In this document: positions 18,695 to 27,160 of the stretch, piece by piece
Layout of the letters: each line of letters begins with the position of its first letter
Numbering within the stretch: position 1 is the first letter of the stretch
IMG/VR virus record: IMGVR_UViG_3300021061_000001
DNA from: a virus
Direction: 5' to 3' (one strand)
Length of the DNA: 64,000 nt
Position numbers and translations under genes: made by a program
The notes under the pieces: model-generated
The model's input: the letters and a program-made list of their open reading frames with translations, nothing else
What the model was told of the DNA's origin: nothing
Databases searched by the model: none

Positions 18695-21600
18695 ATGCCG
18701 CAACTCCCCGACCCCTTTGACTTCATCGGTCAACCACGCCCAATCCGCCCTCGCGCTGCCGACATCCTGCCGCCGCAGTCCCCCGAGGAGGAGCAGTCCC
18801 TGCTTGGCCAGCTCGGCTCGGGGCTCCTCTCCGGCCTGGGCTACATCGGCTCCAGCCTCGACAAGGTGCGCCGCGCCGCCTGGGCACTGCCGACCGGCAA
18901 CGCGCGCGAACTGGCCGCCATCATCCCCTTCTCCGACGCCCTCGGCATCACCGACCCGACCCAGGCCGTGCATGGCTCGGATTTGCTCGGCGGGGACGAA
19001 AATACGCCGTTCCTGTCCGGCGAAGGGCTGGGCGGTCTGGCCCTCGACATCGCCCTGGACCCGCTCACCTACCTCTCCTTCGGCGGCTCGGCCGTCTCCA
19101 AACTCGGCCAGGCCGCCAAGAAGGCCGGTGTCCTGCCCAAGTCGGGCGCCGCTCGTGCCGCCGGGCTGGCCGCAGCTTCGCCCGAGGCGGCCAAGCTGGC
19201 CCAGTACACCGGCCAGACGGTCGCCGATGTCGCCGGCAAGTCCCTGGGCGGGCACATCGGTGTCGGCCTGCCATGGCCCGGAGCGGCCAACTTCTGGACC
19301 GCCGATTTGACCCCTCTGGGCAACACCCTGTCGGGGGCCGCACAGGCCGCTTCTGGCGCCGTCGGAGCCCTTCCCGTGGTCGGGAAGCCTTTGCAGGCCC
19401 TGGGGAGCGGCCTGGGCGAAGCTGGGGCCGCTACGGGGCGTGCCTGGAACGCCCTTTTTGACCGTGACGTACTCGGCCAGCTCAGCCAGAAAGGTCAAGA
19501 ATACGGCCGTGAACTGTCCCTGGCCCGCAAGCTGGCCCAGGAGCAGGCTTTGGAATCGGTCGGTAGTGCGGTCAAGGCATATGGGCCAGACGCGCTCAAG
19601 GGTGGGCAGGAAGTGCGCGGCATCCTGGAAGGGACCTTGCCGGCCGGGCAGGCGTCGGCAGGCGGTCAGCGGGCGGCACCCGTCATCAAGAACGCGCAGG
19701 AGGCTTTTCTGGCGGAGGCGAAGGAGTGGGGGGTGCCGGTTGGGGAGATCGACAACTATTTTCACCGTTCTGTGGTGAAGCCCGAACTGGACGTGGCCCA
19801 CGGCGGCAAGGGGGCCGGATCCGGGCTGACGGTACGCTCCCCCTCGCAGATCGCGCGCGAGGAGATCTTGACCAACATCCCGGGCGGCACGGCGGCGATC
19901 GAGAAGATGGTGGCGGACCCGTTCCTATCCGGCACGGCGCGCGGGGCAGGGCAGGACACGGCGGCAGCCGCGCAGCACATCATGCAGAACTACGCCATCC
20001 AGGACCCGGTGAAGGCGAAGAACCTGGCGGAGTTTCTGTATAGCCTCAGCCCGGAGCGGCAAAAGATCGGCCTGTTCGCCAAGGAGGCCATGACGGATTT
20101 CGAGGAGGGGCTGAAGCAGATCGCGCAGTCCACGGCCACGGCCAAGACCATGATCGGCTTTCTGGCCAAGGAGGCGGTGACGGGGGCGAAGCCGCCCGGG
20201 GGCCGGTCGCTGGGGGAAGTGCTGGCCAACGTCGGGCTGGACCGGAACGTGGCCGACATCAAGATGCTCGACGCCCTGGTCGCCTCGGGCAAACATCCAC
20301 CGTTTCGCGGCAATCCGGCCCAGCAGGTGCTGACGCTCGACAACCACTTCGTCAGCCGCGAAGTGGCCGACGCCCTGGAGCGGAGCCTGCAAGCCTTCAC
20401 CATGCCGCGCGTCCTGGAGCCGGTGGTGAAGGTGTGGGACTCGATCCAGAACCTCACCAAATCGTTCCTGACATCGCCCAACCCGGCCTTTCACGCCCGC
20501 AACGCCGCTTCGGGCCTGTGGCAGAACTACATCCTGACCGGGGCCAAGGCCCTGCCCGACGCCTACCGCGAATCGGCCGCCCTCCTGCGCGACCCGGCCC
20601 ATGTGGTGAAGGGGCTCAGCCAGCACCCGGAGTTTCGCGGCCTCTCCGACGCCGCCGCCACGGAGATCCTGCGCCAGAAGGCGTTCACCTCGGGTCTGCT
20701 CGGGGCTGGACCGGCGCAGGACGTGGTCGGGCAGGCGGCGGCGCAGGAACTTCTCATGCGATTTCCGGGTGCCATGCCGGGCCGCAAGGTCGGACTCGAA
20801 GCCGTACCCGACTACCTTCAGGGGCTGGTCGGGCGAGGTCAGCCGGGGACGGCGGCGGAGAAGGCGAACCCCCTGGCGGTGCGCGGCGTGGGCGGCAGGG
20901 CGGAGAGCAAGTTCGCTCCTGTCGCGGCCGGGCAGAAGCTGGGCAACGAGGTCGAGGACCTGGGCCGCCTGGCCGGGTTCGTGGGGCTGGCACGGCAGGG
21001 CTACAGCCTTGATGTGGCGACCGAGATGGTGAAGGCGGCGCACGTGGACTACACGCGCCTGACCGGCTTCGAGTCGCAGGTGATGAAGCGGCTGGTGCCG
21101 TTCTACAGCTTCGCGCGCGGCAACGTACCGCAGCAATTCCGCCAGATCCTGGAGCGGCCCGGCGGCATCACGGCCAACATGGTGAAGGCCAGCAGCCAGG
21201 CCCGCGACGAGTTCGCCCCCGACTATCTGGGGCAGGGACTAGCCATCCCGGTCGGCGGGGACGATAAGACGCGGCGCTACCTGTCCAGCCTGGGACTGCC
21301 GTTCGAGCAGCTTGGTGAGTTTACGACCTTGCGAGGCTTGGCCGGACAACTGTCGCCTCTTCTCAAGTACCCTTACGAGCAGCTATCCGGCCAGCAGTTG
21401 TTCTCTGGCCGCGACCTGCGCGATCTGCATTCGAGACTGGGCGACCTCGGCGTCAACCTGCCGCAGCCGGTGGAGAACCTGCTGATGAACTCGCCCCTGT
21501 CGCGGCTCATCGGCATGGGTTCGACGCTGGTGGATCCGCGCAAGAGCTGGGCGGACGCGGCGCTGAACCTGGCGACGGGGGCAAGGGTGACGGACGTGGA

Positions 21601-21796
21601 CATGCAGAAGGCGAGGCAGCAGGCGATTCGCAAGGCGCTCGATGAGGAGTTGCGTGGCCAGCCTGGCGTGGGCGTGTTCAGCCGGATGTATTTCCGCCCG
21701 GAAGAGATCCAGAACATGGACCCACGTGAACAGGCCCTGGCTCGGCTATACCTGGCCCAGGAGCAGCGGGCGCGGCAGCAGCGGGCGCAGAGGTAG
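18695..21796 (+). CDS. very large virion/internal protein (1033 aa)
   Basis: This is the longest ORF in the block. GGAGA RBS. I recognised no family. Confidence 0.85.
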   Translation: MPQLPDPFDFIGQPRPIRPRAADILPPQSPEEEQSLLGQLGSGLLSGLGYIGSSLDKVRRAAWALPTGNARELAAIIPFSDALGITDPTQAVHGSDLLGGDENTPFLSGEGLGGLALDIALDPLTYLSFGGSAVSKLGQAAKKAGVLPKSGAARAAGLAAASPEAAKLAQYTGQTVADVAGKSLGGHIGVGLPWPGAANFWTADLTPLGNTLSGAAQAASGAVGALPVVGKPLQALGSGLGEAGAATGRAWNALFDRDVLGQLSQKGQEYGRELSLARKLAQEQALESVGSAVKAYGPDALKGGQEVRGILEGTLPAGQASAGGQRAAPVIKNAQEAFLAEAKEWGVPVGEIDNYFHRSVVKPELDVAHGGKGAGSGLTVRSPSQIAREEILTNIPGGTAAIEKMVADPFLSGTARGAGQDTAAAAQHIMQNYAIQDPVKAKNLAEFLYSLSPERQKIGLFAKEAMTDFEEGLKQIAQSTATAKTMIGFLAKEAVTGAKPPGGRSLGEVLANVGLDRNVADIKMLDALVASGKHPPFRGNPAQQVLTLDNHFVSREVADALERSLQAFTMPRVLEPVVKVWDSIQNLTKSFLTSPNPAFHARNAASGLWQNYILTGAKALPDAYRESAALLRDPAHVVKGLSQHPEFRGLSDAAATEILRQKAFTSGLLGAGPAQDVVGQAAAQELLMRFPGAMPGRKVGLEAVPDYLQGLVGRGQPGTAAEKANPLAVRGVGGRAESKFAPVAAGQKLGNEVEDLGRLAGFVGLARQGYSLDVATEMVKAAHVDYTRLTGFESQVMKRLVPFYSFARGNVPQQFRQILERPGGITANMVKASSQARDEFAPDYLGQGLAIPVGGDDKTRRYLSSLGLPFEQLGEFTTLRGLAGQLSPLLKYPYEQLSGQQLFSGRDLRDLHSRLGDLGVNLPQPVENLLMNSPLSRLIGMGSTLVDPRKSWADAALNLATGARVTDVDMQKARQQAIRKALDEELRGQPGVGVFSRMYFRPEEIQNMDPREQALARLYLAQEQRARQQRAQR

Positions 21797-21941
21797 GCTG
21801 GTGTTCGCCGCACCAGTCCTCCGCGTCCGTCTCGGGTGGCCAGTTATCGTCGCGCGGAGCGTGGCGGCGGCAGACGCCGATCTCATCTTCCATATGCTCC
21901 CAGTAGCGACACGTCCGGCAAGTTTCCAGCGAACCCGGCAT
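21678..21941 (-). CDS. small Cys-rich protein (87 aa)
   Basis: ATG at 21941 has a GGAGGAG RBS. The motif is C..C.YW......G.C.....WP....DWCGEH. The Pro/Ala tail overlaps the convergent gene end by 119 nt. Confidence 0.55.
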   Translation of the reverse strand: MPGSLETCRTCRYWEHMEDEIGVCRRHAPRDDNWPPETDAEDWCGEHQPTSAPAAAAPAAPGPGIAEPGPVHVGPCSGSLPGGNTSG

Positions 21942-21979
21942 GTCCCTTGCTCCTCCACCTGGCATGAACGATCTCCCCC

Positions 21980-22198
21980 TCATTCGCTGGCTACTGGACC
22001 CGACGGCGACAACCCAGGAGGCGCTGCTGCTGGCGTCCCATTGCGGCGGAAGGCGGCTCTGGCCTCCTCGTAGCGCCGCCACGCCGCCTGCGCCGCCTTC
22101 CACAGCCGCCCGCGCATCCGCCAGTCATCGCAGGCCAGCGCCACACCAAGAGCGTCCTGGCACTCATCCAGCAGCCGATGCAGTTCCGCTTGCGTCAT
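21980..22198 (-). CDS. small helical protein (72 aa)
   Basis: ATG has AGGAGG upstream. It overlaps the upstream gene end. Confidence 0.5.
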   Translation of the reverse strand: MTQAELHRLLDECQDALGVALACDDWRMRGRLWKAAQAAWRRYEEARAAFRRNGTPAAAPPGLSPSGPVASE

Positions 22199-22541
22199 CG
22201 GTGGATCGCCTCCTGTCGCGGATCTTGTAGTACGCGGTCAGGCACGCTTGGCACCAACTCCGCCTGATCCGCCGGCCGTGGCAGGTCGTCGTCGGGAACG
22301 AGCCCTTGGGATAGGCGACCTTGCAGCGCGAGCAGGTCTTGGGTTCTTCCGGCGGGTTCCTGGCGGCCTGTTCGGCGTCGGCCTCGCTGGCGAACACGGC
22401 GAGCAGGGTATCGCCCTGCCATACCCCATAGCCGCCCGCGATCGGCCCCACGCGGCAGGCCCGGCGGCGCTCGTGAGCGGGCGGGGCCTTCTCGCGGAGA
22501 CGCAGGACGTACTTGTCGGTGCTGGTAAAGGCCATGACCAT
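22164..22541 (-). CDS. zinc-ribbon protein (125 aa); speculative late-gene regulator
   Basis: ATG at 22541. The C-terminus has CSRC ... WCQAC. Its position after RusA at the end of the early operon resembles the lambda nin-Q layout. Confidence 0.55.
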   Translation of the reverse strand: MVMAFTSTDKYVLRLREKAPPAHERRRACRVGPIAGGYGVWQGDTLLAVFASEADAEQAARNPPEEPKTCSRCKVAYPKGSFPTTTCHGRRIRRSWCQACLTAYYKIRDRRRSTDDASGTASAAG

Positions 22542-22573
22542 TCGCGGCGTCCTTTCCAATCAAGGTTTGCGGC

Positions 22574-22876
22574 TCACTCCATCATCTCTTTCAGCTTCAC
22601 GAGCAGCGCCAGCACGTCGCGGTACGGGCCGGCGTCGGCCGCCTTGAGGTACACCGCCGCATCGAGCAGTTCCTGATAGGCGTCCACCAGATGGTCCCGG
22701 CCGCTACCGCGCTGGACCGGGCAGCCGTACTTGGCGATGCCGAACTCGCGGCGGGCGCGCATGTCCCGTAGCAGCTTGCACCACCGATCCGACCCAGCTA
22801 CGTCCTCGATCACTTCCAGCCACACGTCCCCCTTGGCGGGTCGTGGTGGCGGCTGAGGGGTGGTGGGGTCGCTCAT
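22574..22876 (-). CDS. phage protein (100 aa)
   Basis: ATG at 22876 overlaps the rusA stop (ATGA). The motif FGIAKYG ... AYQELLDAAVYL recalls small phage dNTP-pyrophosphohydrolase-like proteins, but the match is weak. Confidence 0.55.
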   Translation of the reverse strand: MSDPTTPQPPPRPAKGDVWLEVIEDVAGSDRWCKLLRDMRARREFGIAKYGCPVQRGSGRDHLVDAYQELLDAAVYLKAADAGPYRDVLALLVKLKEMME

Positions 22877-23316
22877 GTGCCGATCGTCTCCACTTCGAGG
22901 ATCATCTTGGGTCCGTCCAGGTCGTAATACTTGCTCAGGTGTTCGACCGCGATCTGCGAATCGTCCCGCCACAGCACCCCCGTCAGCGCGTCCTCGATCG
23001 CCCGCGTCAGCTTGAGCAGGTCCGGCCTGGTCGTGACCCAGTAGGGGGCGCCAACCTTGACGGCGCCCGTGCTGCGCAGATGCGTCTTGGGGCGGGGGGC
23101 GATGAACACGATGGTTAGCTGGAGCGGTCCTTCGAGCGGGGGGCGGTCGCCGAACTCGCGCCGCACCACGTCGGCCACGGCCCGCTTCCAGTCGCGGCTT
23201 TTCGGGTTGGCGTCGGACACGGCCACACCGATGCTGCCGTCCGTGCGCGGGATCGGGAAGGCCCGCTTCGAGCCGGCCGTCTGGGGTTTGCCGCGGACGA
23301 CGAAACGGTGGATCAT
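22873..23316 (-). CDS. rusA: RusA-family Holliday junction resolvase
   Basis: 147 aa. It begins VVRGKPQTAGSKR and ends RPDLLKLTRAIEDALTGVLWRDDSQI, matching the RusA catalytic region (PD.DN..K...D.L......DD). Confidence 0.8.
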   Translation of the reverse strand: MIHRFVVRGKPQTAGSKRAFPIPRTDGSIGVAVSDANPKSRDWKRAVADVVRREFGDRPPLEGPLQLTIVFIAPRPKTHLRSTGAVKVGAPYWVTTRPDLLKLTRAIEDALTGVLWRDDSQIAVEHLSKYYDLDGPKMILEVETIGT

Positions 23317-23579
23317 GGGCTCACCTTCTTGCAGTGGTACACCGATACATAGCCGCTCACGCCTTCGAGGAACACGACCGGATGCCCGGACGAATCAAGG
23401 AAAGCCTCCGACCGGACCTTGGCCACGACCGGAGGCCCGAACGGCAGGACGCTCCAATACTCCAGTTCGTCGCCTGGCTTGAAATCCTCGTTGAAGCGGT
23501 CCACGGATTCCTGGCCCATGCCGACCCGGCAGCGGCCACGGAGGTAGTTTTTCGGTTTCAGGATGTTGTCTGCCATCAC
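23313..23579 (-). CDS. hypothetical protein (88 aa)
   Basis: Coupled at both ends, with balanced composition. Confidence 0.6.
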   Translation of the reverse strand: MMADNILKPKNYLRGRCRVGMGQESVDRFNEDFKPGDELEYWSVLPFGPPVVAKVRSEAFLDSSGHPVVFLEGVSGYVSVYHCKKVSP

Positions 23580-23830
23580 GCCCTCCCTTCCGCCTTCGCG
23601 ATCGCGACAATGAGCAGACCGTGGACCGCACCGATGGCCAGTTCGATCGCCTCGACGGCTGTCTTGGCATCCGTCAGCAGATCAATGAGTCGTTCCTGAT
23701 GCCTACCCACTTCCTTACAGAGATCCTCGCAGGTGGCTTGTAGGGAGGCAAGTTCGGCGCGGAGTTGGGCATTCTCGGCTTGCAAGGTGCTTAGCCACGT
23801 ATCGGTCATGTTGCTGAAGTCTGGTTGCAT
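23576..23830 (-). CDS. coiled-coil protein (84 aa)
   Basis: Heptad-like LQAENAQLRAELASLQ. Coupled to the downstream gene. Confidence 0.55.
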   Translation of the reverse strand: MQPDFSNMTDTWLSTLQAENAQLRAELASLQATCEDLCKEVGRHQERLIDLLTDAKTAVEAIELAIGAVHGLLIVAIAKAEGRA

Positions 23831-23834
23831 CGGC

Positions 23835-24104
23835 TCACTCCTCCCTCATCTCCCTGTAGTAATGCCACTCCCGCCCGCACGCCTCGCACCGCCCGTCCCG
23901 GTAACTATCCCCGCCCGTCGGCGTCACGAGCAGCACGATCCCGTCCTGGCCGCAGTAGGGACACCGCCTCTCGCGGCACTCGTCGCAGATGTGCCACTGA
24001 CCTGCCTCGCGAATGCGTCCCTGGCCGCCAAGTCTGGCGTAGTCGCCGTTCGCGGCGGACCGGAGGCACCAGTCGCATGTGAGGGCGTTGAGGAAACTGG
24101 TCAT
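23835..24104 (-). CDS. Cys-rich zinc-binding protein (89 aa)
   Basis: Four CxxC-type pairs are present (CDWC, CDEC, CPYC, CEAC). Confidence 0.6.
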   Translation of the reverse strand: MTSFLNALTCDWCLRSAANGDYARLGGQGRIREAGQWHICDECRERRCPYCGQDGIVLLVTPTGGDSYRDGRCEACGREWHYYREMREE

Positions 24105-24121
24105 CTTGGCTCCCTTTGTCC

Positions 24122-24172
24122 GAACTATCCGGAAATTCCGGATAGTTCATTTGGAGAGTTGTGGAGAGTTGT
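24122..24172. promoter_or_regulatory. 27-bp perfect palindrome followed by a 10-bp x2 tandem repeat
   Basis: GAACTATCCGGAA-A-TTCCGGATAGTTC spans 24122-24148. GGAGAGTTGT occurs twice at 24153-24172. The element lies 18 nt upstream of the start at 24104. Confidence 0.6.
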
Positions 24173-24273
24173 GTCCTCTCGGAACCAACGCTTCACGGCA
24201 ACTCCCTGACTCACCCAAACGGCGCCCGTGCCGTCCGCTCGCGGCGAATCCAGACGGCCGCCGATTGATAGCC

Positions 24274-24453
24274 TCACGACCGCCTGCTAATCAATTCGAG
24301 TCCGTCCTGGAACAACTCGCTGGCCTCTTCGATCGTCTCAAGCACCTCGCTGTACTCGTCAAGCAACTTCCGCAACTTGTCGCGTTCCTTGGCTATCGTG
24401 TCGATGATGCCCCTGGCTTGCTTCCTGAAGTCGTCTGCGGTTTTTCGCGGCAT
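24274..24453 (-). CDS. small helical protein (59 aa)
   Basis: ATG at 24453 has GAGGAG 8 nt upstream. Confidence 0.5.
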   Translation of the reverse strand: MPRKTADDFRKQARGIIDTIAKERDKLRKLLDEYSEVLETIEEASELFQDGLELISRRS

Positions 24454-24709
24454 CTGTCTCACTCCTCGAACAGCGGCAGGCCCGGCGCCTGCGTCATCTC
24501 GTCCGCCTCACTAGACCCACGCGGGTCACTTCCCACAAAACAGCCCGCAACTCGTCACCGTCAGAGGGTCAAACTCGTCAGACCACAACATGCCTTGCTG
24601 ACGTGCACCGATGAGTTTCCGTACCGCCTTGACTCGCTTCGCGAAGATTTCCGGGGCACGCCGCCTGATCTCTCGTAGCGGCGTGCCCGGAATCCAAAAA
24701 AATAGTTGT

Positions 24710-24997
24710 TCACGAGGGGGGGCTGCCGTAGTCTATTTCGAGTTTCTCCGCTCTCTCAAAGAGTGCTGGATGGTGCTCCAACAACCCAGCCCACTCATAC
24801 CTCCTCTGGTAGAAGCACAAAAAACAATTGGCCCTGGATCGCCACGAAAAGAGAAAAGCACGGTCCCAAGGTTTCAGGTTTCGCACACACTCCCGGCCTG
24901 CATCGTCCAGCTTGGTCCACACCGCGTCGTAGAGCCGTTGCCAGAAGAACGTCGGCGGTAAGACGCCACGGGAACACGCCGTTGCGGTAGTCGTTGC
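24710..24997 (-). pseudogene. orphan C-terminal fragment resembling PAPS-reductase-family proteins
   Basis: The frame is open from the stop at 24998-25000, but the only start is a GTG at 24922. The motif NCFLCFYQRRYEWAGLLEHHPALFERAEKLE resembles the C-terminal GC..C..Q...EW...L...HP..F motif. Confidence 0.35.
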
Positions 24998-25044
24998 TTA
25001 CGATTCCAGAAGATCAATGGGCGGATCGCTCCACCTGCTCTTTC

Positions 25045-25473
25045 TCAATCAGCAACCCGCCGCATCGTCTTCGGGTCGAACTGGTACGTCACCTGGTACA
25101 CGCCGGCCGGTAGCCGATGGTGCGGATGCTCCGGGTGAGTCAGCATCCACACCTCAGACGCCACGACGACCGGGCCGAGAATTTCTTGGGGCTCCACGTC
25201 CATCGGCGGCTTCACGTATTCCGGCAGTTCCACGCCTTGAAACACCTCAACGGCTCCCTCGGCGACGTGCCTGGCTCCGTTGCCGGTTCCCAGCGCTACC
25301 TGGACCGAACCGCGTCCAATCTGTTTGCCGCGGGGGTGAGTATCGGCAACGCGATGGACGTAGATATCGCCCTGCTGGACGGCGTGACCAATCTCGATTC
25401 GCCGCGTGATGCGGACGTTTTCGTCGGCCTTGGCGTTCATCACGGCCTGGATTTTTTCGAGAACTTGCGTCAT
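25045..25473 (-). CDS. conserved phage protein (142 aa), function unknown
   Basis: The QQGDIYV ... ALGTGNGARHVA ... HPEH ... LPAGVY.V.YQ pattern is common in phage small beta-barrel proteins. Confidence 0.7.
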   Translation of the reverse strand: MTQVLEKIQAVMNAKADENVRITRRIEIGHAVQQGDIYVHRVADTHPRGKQIGRGSVQVALGTGNGARHVAEGAVEVFQGVELPEYVKPPMDVEPQEILGPVVVASEVWMLTHPEHPHHRLPAGVYQVTYQFDPKTMRRVAD

Positions 25474-25494
25474 GTTCTGACTCCTTGAAAAAGG

Positions 25495-26430
25495 TTAGGA
25501 CTTGGCCAAAATCCGTGATTCATCGAAACCGCAAATCGATTCGTGTGCTTCTCGGCACGTCTTCACTGTGCCGACGACCGGCATGTAGTAAACTCGCTTG
25601 GTGCCGCCATCAGTTCCAACGAGCCACTGGTCGCCGTGGGCGTCTCGCACCAGGCAGCGCGGTGCCGCTCCCTTCCGGCATTTTTCGCGGTCGGCGTCTA
25701 CCAGTTCGGCTTTGGATTCCCAGAGGTATTTTTCGGGCGTCATTCGCTCGATGAGTGCTCGGCGAACTTCGGCGTTCGATTCGGTGCGAATTTCTTCGAC
25801 CGTAATTTGTTCGGGACAGAGAATCGCGTAGGCCGGGACCAGAACGCCGTGCCAGAAATACAGGTTCTCGACATCGTTTCTTATCGCCGGACCATCCTCG
25901 CAATGCAGACGGCGAACGTCACCGACCGACTCGGTTTTCACTTCGGGTTTGGCTATCCAGAACAGCGTCTTGTCGGTCCAAAACAGACACCAGCACCCTC
26001 CCAGGAAGGCGTCTAAGAGCGGCATCGACCACGACTGAACTTTTGGCTTGTTGTCACTACCGAAGTAGGTGGTTGACAACCAAGAGAGTTCCCACCAGTA
26101 CCACCGACAACCAGTCAGCACACACCATTGCGCGAAACGTCGAAACTTACCGTTCAGAACGTCCCGAGCGTTCCGAGCGTCCCGAGCGGCCCGAGCGGCC
26201 CGAGCGGCCCGAGCGTCTTTCGGCAACCGCTTGCAAACGTCTTCTGCGATCTCGAAGACTGTTTGGCGGAGATCGATATCCTGGCACCATTCGCCGACTA
26301 AGCGTTTCACCTTCCGCTCGATTCCAAGCGTGCGACAATACTCGGCAAGAGCCGCATTGACGGTATCCTCGTCCAGGATGCCGGGATAGTTGCACGCCTC
26401 AACGTAACGGTCGAACAGTTCGCCTTTCAT
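25495..26430 (-). CDS. DUF6745-like protein (311 aa)
   Basis: The C-terminal LHCEDGPA ... YFWHGVLVP ... IRTESNAEVRRALIERM pattern matches my memory of that family. Confidence 0.7.
   Translation of the reverse strand: MKGELFDRYVEACNYPGILDEDTVNAALAEYCRTLGIERKVKRLVGEWCQDIDLRQTVFEIAEDVCKRLPKDARAARAARAARDARNARDVLNGKFRRFAQWCVLTGCRWYWWELSWLSTTYFGSDNKPKVQSWSMPLLDAFLGGCWCLFWTDKTLFWIAKPEVKTESVGDVRRLHCEDGPAIRNDVENLYFWHGVLVPAYAILCPEQITVEEIRTESNAEVRRALIERMTPEKYLWESKAELVDADREKCRKGAAPRCLVRDAHGDQWLVGTDGGTKRVYYMPVVGTVKTCREAHESICGFDESRILAKS
26163..26216. repeat. 9-bp x6 tandem repeat inside the CDS
   Basis: The unit is (C/T)CCGAGCG(G/T). It encodes ARAARAARAARDARNARD on the minus strand. Confidence 0.85.
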
Positions 26431-26437
26431 CGCACGC

Positions 26438-26863
26438 CTAGCCTTTTCGCAAGAGTGAGCAGAGCAAGAGCCGCTGTTGCCGGAACCACCGCGTTACCTC
26501 CTGCTCGGAGACGTTCCAAGCGGTTGTCCAGCCGATCGGCATCCCCATCAGCCATTCCACGAAGGTAGCGTTCAGCCTCTTCCGCTGTGAGGGCGGGAGC
26601 GAGGTGCGGGTAATCGCGCAGGATTTCGGCCCAGCGTTCTCGCTCTCCTGGGCCTGGTGGGAAAGGTCCGAAGTCCAAGATGCAGCATCCCGGTTCAGGT
26701 TGCCGCCCTGGGTGCTGTGCTCGTCCACTCCCAGTCGCCTGCCGTCGTGAGCATTCGGTGTCGCCCAGACTTCCGTCTGGCCTGGTAGCCTCGCTCCACC
26801 AGCCACCGCCGTTCCTTTTGCCGACCCCCGAACAGAGCGAGATGTAGGAACGTAGAGCCACAT
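26438..26863 (-). CDS. small protein with W.TP.A.D and LN..FVEWLMG.P.GWT motifs (methyltransferase-associated tail type)
   Basis: ATG follows directly after the SWIM gene stop (TGAATG). Contains VWATPNAHDG and RLNATFVEWLMGMPIGWT. No methyltransferase catalytic domain is present. Confidence 0.6.
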   Translation of the reverse strand: MWLYVPTSRSVRGSAKGTAVAGGARLPGQTEVWATPNAHDGRRLGVDEHSTQGGNLNRDAASWTSDLSHQAQESENAGPKSCAITRTSLPPSQRKRLNATFVEWLMGMPIGWTTAWNVSEQEVTRWFRQQRLLLCSLLRKG

Positions 26864-27160
26864 TCACTGCCTCCTGGGTTGCGGCGGCATCAGCCCAAGC
26901 TCGACCAGCGCGCGCAGGTGCTTGCACCCCGCGTAGTCCACGCCCTCGCGGCGAAAAGTGAAGTCGGGGCAGCCGCAGTGGTTGCCGTGGCCGTTCGTGT
27001 AGAGGTCGTAGCTGACGTGGCCCAGCCTGGGGTCGGGCCGCGTCAGGCGCCAGGCCGGTTCCGCCACGCGCGGGTCCGGGGACAACCTCTCCAGCTTGTA
27101 CCAGCGGCGGCCGATCAGGACGGCCAGGGCCACCTTGGGCCGCGTAGGCGTGCGTGTCAT
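26864..27160 (-). CDS. SWIM zinc-finger protein (98 aa)
   Basis: HCGCPDF ... GCKHLRAL fits the C.C..nC.H signature. ATGA overlap with the upstream gene. Confidence 0.65.
   Translation of the reverse strand: MTRTPTRPKVALAVLIGRRWYKLERLSPDPRVAEPAWRLTRPDPRLGHVSYDLYTNGHGNHCGCPDFTFRREGVDYAGCKHLRALVELGLMPPQPRRQ

Noticed and set aside
12394-21796. A tape-measure protein or tail-tube assignment for the large ORFs of 752, 486 and 1033 aa.
   Set aside because: I recognised no tail-tube, chaperone-frameshift or tape-measure features. The composition fits internal or ejected virion proteins equally well. They are left as unassigned virion proteins.
24079-24678. A 199-aa + strand ORF spanning two intergenic gaps.
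   Set aside because: It is antisense to the 24274..24453 gene, is Arg/Pro-rich and has no RBS. The region is better explained as regulatory or non-coding DNA in a minus-strand operon.
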